This document shows, in pieces, positions 10,016 to 22,258 of a stretch of 64,000 bases of DNA; positions within the stretch are counted from its first letter, which is position 1, and each line of letters opens with the position of its first letter. A program made the translations under genes and the position numbers. The stretch lies in the NCBI GenBank assembly GCA_963803705.1, contig CAWDNU010000004.1:96001-160000 (forward strand), written 5' to 3'. The notes under the pieces are model-generated. The model was not told the origin of the DNA. It saw only the letters and a program-made list of their open reading frames with translations, and searched no databases. This DNA comes from an uncultured Pseudobdellovibrionaceae bacterium (lineage in GTDB: Bacteria; Bdellovibrionota; Bdellovibrionia; Bdellovibrionales; UBA1609).

Positions 10016-10645
10016 TTACTTTTTGTCAGCGGATGATTTTTTCAAGACTGATCGTTTCTTTTTCATTTCGCCTTCAATACCGTTAACTTTTTCGTTTAAG
10101 GATTTAGTCTTTTCTTCCAAGTCTTCAACTTCTTTTTCTAATTTTTTCTTCTTTTTAGATACATTATTTAAGTCTTTAACCTTTCTTTTAAGTTTTCTTT
10201 CTTTAACTTTTATTTCTTTTTCTAAGCCGTAAGCTTCTTTACCCCAAGCGTAGAATTGGTCAAAATCTTGCTTAAGATCAATTGGGCAATTTTTCGAAGG
10301 TCTTTTTTTCTTGAAGCCTAGATTAAAAGCGTTGTCGTGACTGCAGTACTGCGAAATCCCCATTTGCCAACCTTTTTGGTATTGGTCTAAGGAAATATCA
10401 ACACCTTTTTTTTGACATGAAGCATGAGTTTTCGTAATTTTTTCTGTAGACTTACCTTTTGCGCCAGTGTCTCTTCCTACAGAAAACCAGTCTGTTGACT
10501 GGCACTTATCAGCTGATATTGCAAAAGCCTGGACTGAAAATAAAAATAAACCTGCAATCACAAAATTTTTCATAAACGCTCCTTTATAATAGTTCATAAT
10601 ATGGATATAAAGTATGATAACAAGTGTTGCATCAAGTACAAACAA
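10016..10645 (-). CDS. DUF2799-domain protein with C-terminal coiled coil
   Basis: C..TDWFSVG..G..G, YQKGWQMGISQYC; probable start MKNFVIAG. Confidence 0.75.
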   Translation of the reverse strand: MFVLDATLVIILYIHIMNYYKGAFMKNFVIAGLFLFSVQAFAISADKCQSTDWFSVGRDTGAKGKSTEKITKTHASCQKKGVDISLDQYQKGWQMGISQYCSHDNAFNLGFKKKRPSKNCPIDLKQDFDQFYAWGKEAYGLEKEIKVKERKLKRKVKDLNNVSKKKKKLEKEVEDLEEKTKSLNEKVNGIEGEMKKKRSVLKKSSADKK

Positions 10646-10720
10646 AATTTAACAGAAGCATCGTGAGCTGTGATAATACAATGATAAAATCAAACATAAT
10701 CAATAAAATAACGGCAAAAC

Positions 10721-11949
10721 ATGTTTTTATATAGGCTAGTTACTTTCATTTACTTTATATTTGTTCTGCCTTTGAAACTTATAATCTTTAAGGAAACCAG
10801 AACTTATATACAAGTCCGGCTTAGGAGTTCAAAGAAAAATTTAGATTTTGATGAAGCCAATGTTTACGTTTTCCACGCTTCATCAGGTGAAGCAGAGTAT
10901 GCGTTTCCTATCATCCGCGAATTAAAAGACCAGCGCCCCAATTGCAAAATCATAATGACTTTTTTCTCAAACTCTTATGTTGATGCACTAAACTCCAACC
11001 CTGATATCGACCAGGTGATTCCACTTCCTTTGGATTTGCCCGGACCAACATACAGTTTTTTAAAAAGATCCAAGGCCAGAGCCGTCTTTATCTCTAGGAC
11101 TGACCTGTGGCCAGAGCTTTTAACACAAGCACAAAAATTAGATACCCCTGTTGTGCTGTTTTCTAGAACGCAGGTCCCCATCAACAACATACTTAAAAGA
11201 ATGTACTACAGATGGATTTTTAAAAAACTTACTTTTATTAGTGTTGTAAGTCTTGATGATAAAAAATATGTGTTAAATGTCCACCCCCAAGCAAATGTTT
11301 TTGTTCATGGGGATTCCAGGTGGGATCAGGTCCAATTTAAGCTGGCTCAAAACCCCTCAGTGCATTTTTAAAACCCACTTTTGTGGCGGGATCCATTTGG
11401 CCTGAAGACTTTAGTTTTTTGTCCACAGCTTGGTCTAAAAAGTTTGGCCAGTTAGTCATTGTTCCTCACGAAAAAGATGATGTCTTTATAAGTAGCATGA
11501 GAAATTTTTTTAAATAAAGACTATGGAGTCAAGCTACTCTCGATTGGGAGATGCGATAGGAATTTACAAAACTCAATGTTGACTTTGATGTCTTGATTGT
11601 GGATCGCTTTGGTGTTTTGCCACGGCTTTATAAAAATAGTTACGGATCTTTCGTTGGTGGATCTTTTAAAAGAAAAGTCCACAGTGTTATGGAATCCATT
11701 GGGTGTAACACGCCTGTGATCGTGGGACCTAAAAACCAAAACAACCGAGAAGCCCAACTGTTTAAGAAACTTGAGATAGAACCTGGGTCAAATCTTTTTG
11801 CGGTCAATGAGGCTAAAAGTTCGCAAGAAATTAGAAGTCTATTCATTAAAATTCTTAAGAATCATGAGACTAATCCTCCCGAGTTTATAGAACTCGGAGG
11901 AAGCGTTTCCAAAGGCTTTTTAAAAGATTTTATTGGCCACAACTATTAG
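10721..11949 (+). pseudogene. waaA: 3-deoxy-D-manno-octulosonic acid transferase, frameshifted in this sequence (likely assembly error)
   Basis: FHASSGE, LPLDL, TDLWP, GDSRWD; then VAGSIWPED...IVPHE in another frame; then DRFGVL..LY...FVGGSF..VHSVME in a third frame. Confidence 0.8.
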
Positions 11950-14900
11950 CATTCTTCATGGTTTCACCAGGCTCGCCTGTGTGCCAAGGCCAAGTGCTGA
12001 TCGTTGTAATCAGTCTTCTGTAAGCTGAGTGTACAGTACCTGGAAAGGTTGGTAACACTTGCTGATAGGTATTTATCATCTGTTTGATCGGCCATTCTTG
12101 ACGTTCCGCTATGGAGTAATGGCTTGTTGGCTCTGGATTACCACTTATTCTTTTTTGAACGTTCTTGATATCACTTCCTATGAAATTAAAATATCCAATC
12201 ATTTCCTCACCCTGTACAAACTTTGGATTAGTATTTCCATTGGAGTCTTCTTCGTAAGACTTGAAGGCTAACATAAAAGCACTAAATTCACGCTTACCAC
12301 GAATCGCATAGCAACCATGGGTGATTATGTATGTCAGCAGGATCCAACATGTCCCCTTCCGTAAAATGCTGAGTGAAGTAGTAGTACTTTTCGTTTACCG
12401 CTATCGGTGTTTTTTCAACCAGTCCTGAACACAAGTACAGAGCTCCAACATAAAATTCAGAAAATTTTCCACCTGTAAACTAATATTTTTACTATACTTT
12501 TCAACAAGTCAGGACTCCATCGAACTGTTAAACATTGTTCGTAGTTAGTTAGTTCAACTTCAAATTCTGCATTTTGCATAACAAGGTATGTTCCCTTCGA
12601 GATTCCAGTGCTTTCAATAAAACCGCGGTCTCTTTGCATAGAGTAAGAAAAGTCAAACGATCCGACCACAAGGCTAAGGGTTTTACTAATAAAATTAGTT
12701 CCTTTTTCGATAATACCAGTAATAAGTCTAAGTGGTCTGGCTCCAAAGTTTCTTGCCACTCTTAGGCCAGAGCTAACTCTGACGTCTTGGCTGGCATTGA
12801 TGTTCATGGATTTACCACCTAAGAAGTAATAACGTCCGGTCTCAAAAATCCTAAACTTTCTTTCGATCACCACGGGTTCTAAACCATTTTTAATGTCAGT
12901 CTGACATCTTAAAGACATATCAAACAGATCACGACGTAGTTGCAATTTATCGGCCTCTGTTACCACTAACTTTTTTGCGTTTTTAGCAATTTCGCCGTAA
13001 ATAAGCAAATCACACATTTTTGACTGTACACCAATGTCGAACTTGGCAGCCTTTGCACTGACCATTTCATTGCCACTAAATTGATACCGTATGATATCTC
13101 TTAGCTCATTCTTAGTGGGCTCAGCGTAGGCGACCTCTACGTCAAATTTAGAACGAATTAATCCACCTAAGCGCTTTTTCTCGTTAGCTGAGCTGCACAA
13201 ACTATCAAGCTCTGGAATATCAGACACACAGCGCTCTAGATCCTTGTTAAAGACGGGACTAACAAAACCCCAGGGTATAGTAAGCTCAGAGATGTTTTTA
13301 TGGTCTAGTAGTCGATCGCTTGAAAATCCGTTTCTAGGTGAACCAACAATATTTTGAAACTTAAGCTCAACAGGTTGGTTTGGGCTATAGTCCAGATTTA
13401 CAAGTTTGTTCACAGTGTCACTGTACTGAGATAAAAAGTCGTCCACTAAAACTGTTTTTTCAGTGTCTTTTCTAAAGCATTTGTTTGACGCAATATCATC
13501 GCGGCAAACTAAGCGATCAAGGGGTCGATCAGTTAAAGACACATAAGACATATCAAAGTAGTCAAGAAATCTAGTAAGCAGGCCTTCAACTTTTCTATAA
13601 GCTTTTCGTTCCGACTGTAGCTCTTGAAACATAGTCTCTAAGCCTTTGATTTTAGTTCTAAGTCCTGTGCGCTGATCTACAAATTCCTGATCGCTAAAAG
13701 TCACATTTAGAAAGTGTGCAATCGACCCATGGTAAGGTGATTTTTCATACTCGTAGTTTTGAATCTCGCCATATTGCGAATCAATCGAAGTGTTAAGCGA
13801 GTTACAATCATCAGATTCACAATATGCTTCATCCAGATTATCAGTGGGCCGTAAACTTCCTTTGTTTGTATTGTACAGAAAAGTCATAGGACCTACAAAA
13901 GTACGTCCCTTAATTCCAGATTTTTTATCAATTAGCATGTCTAAGTTAGATACAGCACTAAAAGCAGGGGTTATCGTGAAATCATTTTTTAACATTTGAT
14001 TTAAAGTGGACTGGTTGATTAGGCTTTCGAAAAATTGATCGCCATTGTTGCCTAAAGGTTGAAATTTCGACACATTATCTGCATAGTTATCTTCAAAAAT
14101 ATTTGTTTCAAAGGGAATGAGCGCCTTCGTGACCGCATCTATTCTATCGGTTGAAGATTCTGTCTTTTGAGATTCATCATAATGAACTGTAACTGGACTG
14201 AGTTCTCTGCACTGACGCATTTGTACAGTCAGGCTATCTCTGGTTTTTTCGTTTAGCTCTGAAATTTCATCTAAAGTGTTTAAAGCTTGATCGTGCTCTT
14301 TACGTAAATCCTTTTTATTCTGCTCAATTTGGTCTAGACGTTGTTCAACATCTTCGCCAGAGATATTTAAAATTGCAGCCTCATCCTTATCGGTTTTAAT
14401 CTCACGTAAAATATCTTTTAGTCTTAGGTCTAAATTTTGCCCGCGAAATTGGGATCTTTCAAAAGCTTGAAAGGATTCACTCACCTTGGGGTGATTAATA
14501 ATGTTTTCCAAGTCCTCAAGCTTACTAATATAGACGTCATCACTTACAGCTTCTGCCACAGCGTCTAAAGCTCTGGTCATTAGACTTTTCAACCGAGCTT
14601 CTTCCTGAGGCGTCATCTTTGCCAATATAGGACTTTTTTCCCCTAGCTTAATTTGAAAGATCTGCTCAAAGCGTTCTTTGATAAGGTTAACCATTTGCAG
14701 GCGAACTTGGTTTACAGGTTCCAACTGGACGAAAAATTGTTGTCTGATCCGCATAAGCCTTAAATCTTCAACTGAAAACTCTACAGGAGTAATCACTCTT
14801 CCAGCATTTACCCTAACTAGTTTTTTAACCATGGACATTGCTCGCTTACGCCTAGGGTCGGTGTAAGAAATGGATCCATCTACACTTATCGGATTTTCTA

Positions 14901-17304
14901 CTGGAATTGAAACCGCTGATCTATTTGGAAGCCCGTCTATAAATTGATCAGTCACCGGTTTGCCTCCATAAAAAACTTGGCTATCACCATTTGGCGCTTC
15001 GATATCGATGTCTGGAATATTCTTAAAATCTTCTGGGTTAAACTCCTGAGAAGGCAAATTACTAAATTCACCGTCTAACTCGAATGGAATTTGCAAAATA
15101 TCAGACTCATTTCTAGCCGACGGATCTAGGTAGTCTTTCTGAATTGCAGTTTTCATCAGATAGATACCATCACGAAGATTATAAATTGAATTTATGCCTT
15201 CTAAGATACTTGAGTACCTTAAGACCTTCGGCATCATTGAAAGTAAAACCGTCTTTTTAACATTAAGCTTCATGTCTTTGTCAATTTTGTATCTAAATCT
15301 TAGTGTTTCGTAGCCATAATCGCCAATAAAAAATCGAGGCTGGATTTTTTCTCGCCCCCTGACCTTTTTTAAAAAACTTTCAGATGCTATTCTAGCATCT
15401 TGACCAAAAGTTCCAAATTTTTCATCCCAAGGATTTATATAAATTTTTAGTTTCTGAATCCCTGCTGGTAAAAGCTTATCATCGGGTATACCTTCGGCGC
15501 TTATGGCCCAATCTTTTACCTTTTTCCTTAGATCTAAGCCGGGTCGCCACTTTGAAATAAAAATGTCTCGCTCTACTAATTCTTCTGTCTGATAGTACTT
15601 ATGAGTGATCGTGTCGTACCAAGTGATACGTCCACCGGGACGCACTCTTGATGGGTCTTCAGGATTTTTTGCATCTGTGATTGTGTAAAACTTCCATTTT
15701 GATTTATCAGTTGGAGTATTGTAGTCCGTATGAAGTGAAACAACCTCAAAGGAAACATTGTCCCCGACAGGGGTGTTACTAGTTTCATCAAAAGCCTTGG
15801 TGTCTACTCTAAAAATTACAGTTCTTTGAGCTGCCGTTTCACCGGCCTCGACAGTACTAAAGCGAATGCTTAAATCTTCTAATTCAAAGTCACGGGCCTT
15901 ATCAACATATCCCTGTTGATAAGCATTTTCGCCATCGATGGAGGCTTTTATGTATTCATCAAAATCAAAAATGTTGTTTCTAGAGTCTTCATCTTCGATC
16001 AATCCGCCATTTCTACCTATCAGGTCATTAAAAGTTCCAACCGTAAATAATCTGTCTAAAGGTTTTAAACCTTCAGTTACACCCAAGGGGTATATTTTCA
16101 CGGCCAATTTAATCATTCCAGCAGAAGGATAAAAAGGAATAATTGCCTTGTAATCTAACTGTAAATCGTTATTTCGAGCTATCTCGGACACTAATGGATT
16201 AATCCCAGGGGTTAACAGCACGGGCTGTGACCTAGTTGCGGGTTCAAGTACCAAATGGGCGTGAACGCGAAAGCGGCCAGCGGAGATTTCAGAGATGCCA
16301 ACCCCGTCGATCAGGTTAGGGTATCTAAATCCAAGCTTCATCAAAAGAGTTAAGTCAAATCGAAGACCATCAATATTTTCTAAGTTTTCACTTTTATCTC
16401 GGTAGACATAAATCCGATTGGTCCCTTGGATCAATTCACTCAGTGGCTCTAGGCTTGTGGACTTAAAGTCTAATCCTTGAAGGGCTTGCGCCTCTTGCCT
16501 TAGGCGTACAAACTCTGTGGGAGCGTACTTACTGAACACCAAATTTTCAAAACCGAATTTAGTTTCAAGTTTCTTTAAGTCAGGATCAGATCTTTCAACT
16601 AAAATGGGCTGGGTAGATAGGTAAGTTTGTCGAACAATATCTCTAATGACAAGTTCAGAAGCATCGTTCTGATCTGCGTACCTAAACATTATCTCTGATC
16701 TGTAAGTAGGAACAACTAAAGTCTGTGCTTGGTCAGATGAAAGTTCAATAGTGCGATCTATGAATGCATTGGGTTGATTTCTCGATGGAGCCCAAGGATT
16801 TAGCTCTAAAACAGCAGTTCTAGTACCGCGTTTCGCACCTAGACCTTTAATTTTTCTAATTACACGCACCGGCTCAGCATCAGCTTTAAAATGGTCGTAA
16901 AGTATTTTTTCTTCCCAGACGATTTCAGATGCCGGGCTAACAGTGTATTCACATTTAGGCTCCCCACCTAGAGCCACGGGGAGTTGGCAGATAGGTTGAC
17001 CATCTTCGTCTAGCACCGCAAATTTAAAGTCTCTTAATGAGCTTCTCAAAGAATTTGCATCAGTAATTCTAGCTGTGAATTGGTAGGGTTGATAAAGAGG
17101 AATTCGCCAGCCTCTGATATTCTGAAAATCTACTTTGTTTTGTTGTATAATTCCTCTAACGCCTTCTAAGTCAAAGTCAGCCGTATCTCCAAATAAAATC
17201 TCGGCCTTAACATTTTTATCATGAGTTTTATGCCTCATACATCCGGTTAAGGTCATAGTTAAAAACAATAGAGCTGAAAGAGCCGCTTTAGTTAAAAAGG
17301 TCAT
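11930..17304 (-). CDS. Giant hypothetical lipoprotein (1615-aa ORF 12457..17304; C-terminus continues through frameshifts to about 11930)
   Basis: MTLTGC lipobox; downstream frames read GALYLCSGLVEKTPIAVNEKYYYFTQHFTEGDMLDPADIHNHPWLL, then AIRGKREFSAFMLAFKSY..., joining ORF 11930..12274. Confidence 0.7.
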
Positions 17305-18553
17305 AAGCGGTCTCCAAATTAATTGAAATCATATCACTATTTCGTTGGGCTCTATCAAGATCAGGGTTGATTAAGTCTGAAACGGTATATCCAGCGGACA
17401 ATCTAATTTTCTTTTCAACCCATTGGATGCCAGCTTCAACGGAAAAGCCTTTCCGGTTTGTCTGCCCATTTGCCCTAGAAGTAAAAAAAGCTGGAACAGC
17501 GTCGGATTCTACAAAAAAGTCACTCACTACTAAATCAAATCCTACAGATTTATTTAAAAGATGGTGGGCACTTAATTGTACGAGTTGGGCTTGATTATAA
17601 GTAAGTGGGGCATCCAAGTTTTCAAGCATATCAACAGCAAGTCTGAAGGTGGTGTTTTTAGTTGGGGAGAAAGCCACATCAAAATTAGCTAACCAGCCAT
17701 TAAAATCAAATTTAAATACAGCCGCATTTCCAGTGCCATCTACAGTGTTGCCATAAACATCAGACAGGTTTGCTACATAGGCTGGTAGGTTTGAATATTC
17801 AAAGAGTCCACCTTTTATTCCGATAGACCATTTGTCTTTAAAATAAGACGCTTCTAAAGTTCCTGTGTTTAGAATTGGTGTACTTTCACGCTCAACTAAA
17901 GATGTAGAAAAAGTATAGGTTGTTGGAACCACTTGCTGGGCAGTTAATTTAAATTTAAAATCTTCATATTTAAACTTGAAGGATTCTCCAATTCCAGGAA
18001 ACGCCCGTCTAGAAATAAATATGTTATTTCCGAAAACCTCGTACTGTGACAAAGCACCAGCTTGAAGCTCTAAGGACTCATTTCCAAAAACATCTAAATT
18101 AAACACACCGTAACTTAAATAAGCAGGACCTGAAGGAAGTAAATCTCCAAATCTAGATTGGGCCTGACCACCTTGGAATAGAACATTGGCTTTTAAATCT
18201 AAAGTTAAGTTTTCTAAAATTTGATAATTAAGCTTACCGCTGCCTTTGAATTGAAAGAAAAAGAAATTATCGATGTCCGACGAGTAGGATTCTGCACTAC
18301 TCTCTAAATCCCATAAAACATAAATACGACTCTTATCTTTAAGAGCTTTATCTTCTAAGGCTTGGCTGTAACTTTTAGAAAATGGGCTGGAATTGAATGT
18401 AGATTCAAGGGCAAAAGAATTAGGCTCAAAGATAAAATTGACTAGCAAGCAAACACAAAGTCTACTTCCGACATTTCCTAATTTTGAAAATAACTTAAAT
18501 ACTTTACTCAAATTAACCCCTTGTACAGTAGCTATGAATAATTCAAGAAACAT
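17288..18553 (-). CDS. Putative porin / outer-membrane beta-barrel
   Basis: Alternating aromatic/hydrophobic strands, GQTNRKGF, C-terminal INLETAYDLFN; start uncertain. Confidence 0.7.
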   Translation of the reverse strand: MFLELFIATVQGVNLSKVFKLFSKLGNVGSRLCVCLLVNFIFEPNSFALESTFNSSPFSKSYSQALEDKALKDKSRIYVLWDLESSAESYSSDIDNFFFFQFKGSGKLNYQILENLTLDLKANVLFQGGQAQSRFGDLLPSGPAYLSYGVFNLDVFGNESLELQAGALSQYEVFGNNIFISRRAFPGIGESFKFKYEDFKFKLTAQQVVPTTYTFSTSLVERESTPILNTGTLEASYFKDKWSIGIKGGLFEYSNLPAYVANLSDVYGNTVDGTGNAAVFKFDFNGWLANFDVAFSPTKNTTFRLAVDMLENLDAPLTYNQAQLVQLSAHHLLNKSVGFDLVVSDFFVESDAVPAFFTSRANGQTNRKGFSVEAGIQWVEKKIRLSAGYTVSDLINPDLDRAQRNSDMISINLETAYDLFN

Positions 18554-19082
18554 TCACACCTTTAGAGGAGTCAGAACAAAATAAACAGCAATTGGGTTCT
18601 GTAAAAAAGCCTATTTTAGTCTTAATTAAACTAGGCTGCCGTTTATTGTCATTCCACCAAATCAAAAATACATGCCATAGAACCAGAAATTCTCTGAAAA
18701 ATAAACATGATTTTTTACAGCAGGGAGTACAGTTTTATAAAAATTACTAAGATATCTGAAAAAACTACCTAGATAAATCAATAAAAAAATGTGCCTAGCG
18801 ATGTTAAAATCGGTACGATGCAAGCTAAAGCGCTTAGACAGCATAACTACCTATACTTTAATGTTACTTTGTAATATTTACATGATTTTTGGATGGCATT
18901 TCTTAACAGTAATTTAACGAAAGGTGGACAAAGTGTAAGAAAATAAAATTGTGGGACAGCTAGTAAAGATTCATTTTTATACACTTAAAAGACAATAGCT
19001 ATTATTTTTACAAATAGCGCAAAGTGAATAAAATTAGATACACAACAAGTTTACTACTATAGGGCGGCTTGATCTTAAGTTC

Positions 19083-20420
19083 ATGAAAACAGATAACGAA
19101 ATTGAGGCTAATATGAATATATTTAATCCCGTTCGACATTTACCAAAATTTACCACCACTAATCCAAGTCAAGATACTCTTGTAATCTTCGGCGAGGTTT
19201 TTCAGCGGGGTTATGTTAACGGCATGATCGAAGAGGCCGAACGGCTTGGTATGAAGATTGTTTATTCAACCGTGGGCCGCAGGGACAGTAGTGGTGATTT
19301 AAGGCTTCTAACAGCAGATGAAATTACCGAAAAAAAACAAAGGCCTTTAGTTAATATTCCGTTAGAAGCAGGTTTTGATATGACTCCCTGGAAGGACGGA
19401 ACAACCTTAGTAGACAAGCTGTCACATTATAAAATGAGTCAGTGGAAAGACATTGAAATAGATTTAGTCGAACTTGAAAATGTCATTGAAAAGTCTAAAT
19501 TAGATTTTACAAAAAGAACGTCTGAATTTTTAGATCAGTTAGAAAAAGAATTGCCTTCGGATGGAAACATAGTTTTTGCACACACTATGGCCGGGGGTAT
19601 CCCTAGAGCTAAGATTGTGATGCCAACAATGAATAGGATTTTCAAAGGAAGTGGAGATCGATATCAGTCCTCTGAAGAGTTTGTGAATACAACTTTAGGT
19701 CAAATTTGTTTGAAATCTTTTGATGAAGTGACAGCAAGCACTTACGATATTTTAATTAATCAAACGGCTAAATTAAGACAGCAAAGACAGTCGAAAGGTT
19801 ATAAAGTTGGGTACACGGCCTTTGGTTACCATGGTACAGACGCTTTAGTGGGTGATGATTACATTTGGCAAAGCTACGCACCTTACTTGCAAGGGTGGGC
19901 AAAGCTTAAGCTTGAATCTTTCGCTGTAAAGCATTTTGAAAATAAAATTAACGCCAGCGTTTTTAACGCGCCTGAGATTTTGACGAATTCTAGCAGTGTT
20001 TTTCTTGGAGTAGAGGTCTGCTTATATCCATTATTAAGTGCTTTAAGAAAAGAGGGCCTACAGCCTACACATTCGATCTTTGAAGCCTGTCAGGCAAAAC
20101 TAAAGTCCCCTTTTAAGCTTCAAGATATTGAGTCTTACGTGCAAAACTATTTGAATTCTGACACCCTTAGCGCTCTTAAGGATTTTAAATCCTGGCCTCA
20201 CCATAATATGCCAAATCAAATGGAGAAGATGAAAGCAGCGTCTGCTGATTTGATCGGTATGCATTCAAATCCGAAAGATTTAATTACATCTAATTTAAGC
20301 GAAGTTGTTTTTAAAGCCTGTGGGTCGATAATGGTACAAAAAGTTTTAGATCGTAAAGCCCCAACATGGTGGGTTGGCCACGACATTGTTGCTAAATGGG
20401 CCGTCCAAAATTTAAATTAG
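19083..20420 (+). CDS. fabMG: FabMG-family enoyl-ACP reductase
   Basis: FGEVFQRGYVNG, TVGRRD, INIPLEAGFD-like, FAHTMAGGIP, FDEVTA, FGYHGT, WQSYAPYLQGWAK, PEILTNSS, GHDIVAK match the recalled FabMG sequence. Confidence 0.85.
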   Translation: MKTDNEIEANMNIFNPVRHLPKFTTTNPSQDTLVIFGEVFQRGYVNGMIEEAERLGMKIVYSTVGRRDSSGDLRLLTADEITEKKQRPLVNIPLEAGFDMTPWKDGTTLVDKLSHYKMSQWKDIEIDLVELENVIEKSKLDFTKRTSEFLDQLEKELPSDGNIVFAHTMAGGIPRAKIVMPTMNRIFKGSGDRYQSSEEFVNTTLGQICLKSFDEVTASTYDILINQTAKLRQQRQSKGYKVGYTAFGYHGTDALVGDDYIWQSYAPYLQGWAKLKLESFAVKHFENKINASVFNAPEILTNSSSVFLGVEVCLYPLLSALRKEGLQPTHSIFEACQAKLKSPFKLQDIESYVQNYLNSDTLSALKDFKSWPHHNMPNQMEKMKAASADLIGMHSNPKDLITSNLSEVVFKACGSIMVQKVLDRKAPTWWVGHDIVAKWAVQNLN

Positions 20421-20438
20421 AGTGTTAACTCAACTTTA

Positions 20439-20635
20439 TTAATTGAAACTTATATATTATTTGAAGTCTACCTAGGATAAAAAGCTAGCAAGCTGCTGTC
20501 ACTCGCCTTGCAAAAAAGGAAGCCTAAACTTGAATGACTCAGTCAAGTTTAGGCTTCCTTTTAGCAAAGCTTTGCGCCACAGAGCTGGCTTTTTATCCTA
20601 GGTAGACTTCAAATAATATATAAGTTTTCAATTAA
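20439..20635. repeat. ~197-bp nested inverted repeat (MITE-like palindrome)
   Basis: Outer arms 20439-20489 / 20584-20635 (one indel, one mismatch); inner arms 20508-20533 / 20543-20567; TTAA at both ends. Confidence 0.9.
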
Positions 20636-20662
20636 ATTTGATTAAAAACTTTTGTGGTTACT

Positions 20663-20761
20663 CGAGATTTTAGATTAGAAGGCATGGCTGATGTGAAAAT
20701 GAAAAAGACCCACTTCTTACAAGCGAGCCTTTAATCAGTTTCCTGTCGAGGAAACCAAGGG
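20663..20761 (-). repeat. 99-bp dispersed repeat copy A (two hairpins, second terminator-like)
   Basis: Ungapped alignment to 22259-22357, 81/99 identical by manual count. Confidence 0.9.
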
Positions 20762-20852
20762 TCAAAAGCAGAGCTAGAAAAGCAATCAGATAGTTATTTG
20801 ATAAGTTCTACTTCTCTTTTATCACAAGCAAAAATAGGATGAGACCAAAATA

Positions 20853-21348
20853 TTATATCCAACGAGTTTTGATTTTATTGCATTGATTTTGACTAATATT
20901 CATACAGTCATAGAACTCTGAAAGAAAATTCCCTCGAATTTGATTGTGATCTTCATTTAATAAAACGTGTCCTAGTTCGTGACTAAGTACATCGTAATCA
21001 GGATCAGTAAGAGTCTCATAGGTTAGCGTGTACCTATTGATAATGATGGTATTCCTTTCTAAAACGCTTCTCGCATTAGTCTCAATAAGTGAATGAGCTG
21101 TTAACGTAGGTCCTCTTGTGTACAGATCACTGACATGTTTCTTCAACAAGAACATTTATTTTCACTTCAATCTCATTGGCCCCTGCATTATGAGTAAGTA
21201 TTCCTGAGAAGACCAGAATCATAAAGCTCTTAATTACAATCGAAATAGACTCGAAACATTTTTTTAGCAACATGGATTTAAGAGAAGCAAATTGTAGACC
21301 TAAAAACCAATCCTTAAAACAAATATACAGGTCGTAGAGCACATCCAA
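20853..21348 (-). pseudogene. Small secreted zinc metallopeptidase-like protein split by a frameshift
   Basis: Signal-like ILVFSGILTHNAGA in ORF 21127..21348; HELGHVLLNEDH in ORF 20853..21155. Confidence 0.55.
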
Positions 21349-21451
21349 CCTGATCAGAAAATTTACAGGGTGACGATTTTAAGCCAAAAATTTGAATTTT
21401 CAAAAACTTTGGTCAGAAATTCAAAATTAAGGTTTGTTGACCAGAGCCAAC

Positions 21452-21482
21452 AAAAAAGCCCCTGGCAGTATCCAAAGGCTCT
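21452..21482 (-). terminator. Intrinsic terminator
   Basis: Minus strand AGAGCCUUUGG-AUACUG-CCAGGGGCUUU followed by U run. Confidence 0.7.
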
Positions 21483-21539
21483 ATAAATTGATGTGATGTC
21501 TAAATTCTACCTGGTGTTTGGCGTACAGATTGAGTTTAT

Positions 21540-21995
21540 TCAATTTGAGAGCTTTTTATTGCCAGTCTTTGACAGCTTTGTCGATAGATTCATTCCACAC
21601 TCTTTATTTAAATGCGCATCTACTTCAGCTAAAGTCTCTACAATAATTTTTTTCTCACTGCTAGTTAGTGAATCATTCGAGTTGAATGAGTTGTCATAAA
21701 GATTCTCCCTACCTTTTAACTCTATTATTATTAAAGCGAAAAAGCCTTCAGCTCTGCTCGGGCTAGGAATGAGGTAGTCATAACGATACTCTGGAATGCA
21801 GCGAGTAAGTCCATCGGCAGTGATGTGGAGTTGTGTAATACATTGTCCGGTAAATTTTCTGAAGCCAACTCTCTTGAATTTGTATAGAGCCTGTTCAATA
21901 CACCCTATCTTAGGTATTTTTTTAATTGGCGATTCGTTAGCAATTCGTACTTTTTGAGGAGTAATACAGCCAGGCTGTAGACACAGCGACATCAA
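21540..21995 (-). CDS. Hypothetical protein (possible lipoprotein)
   Basis: 151-aa ORF followed by terminator; start uncertain. Confidence 0.5.
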   Translation of the reverse strand: MMSLCLQPGCITPQKVRIANESPIKKIPKIGCIEQALYKFKRVGFRKFTGQCITQLHITADGLTRCIPEYRYDYLIPSPSRAEGFFALIIIELKGRENLYDNSFNSNDSLTSSEKKIIVETLAEVDAHLNKECGMNLSTKLSKTGNKKLSN

Positions 21996-22258
21996 TATAA
22001 AAACATTTTTAATTTCTCGGTAAGTGATATTAACATACTGAAACCTTAGATCTTGAAAATTACTTTGTCCAAAACTAAATCTCTATAATGAAGGTCTCCA
22101 CGTGTTCTCAGATCCATTAAATGAGCCTCTAGGAGCTCTTTCTCGAAAATACGAGGTCTACGGAGAATTCTGGGCAAAAAGGCTGTAAATGGATTTTAAT
22201 GACTAAAATGTACAAGCTTTGTGAGAAGAGCCAAAAAATGTCATTTTTGCAGGGTTGG

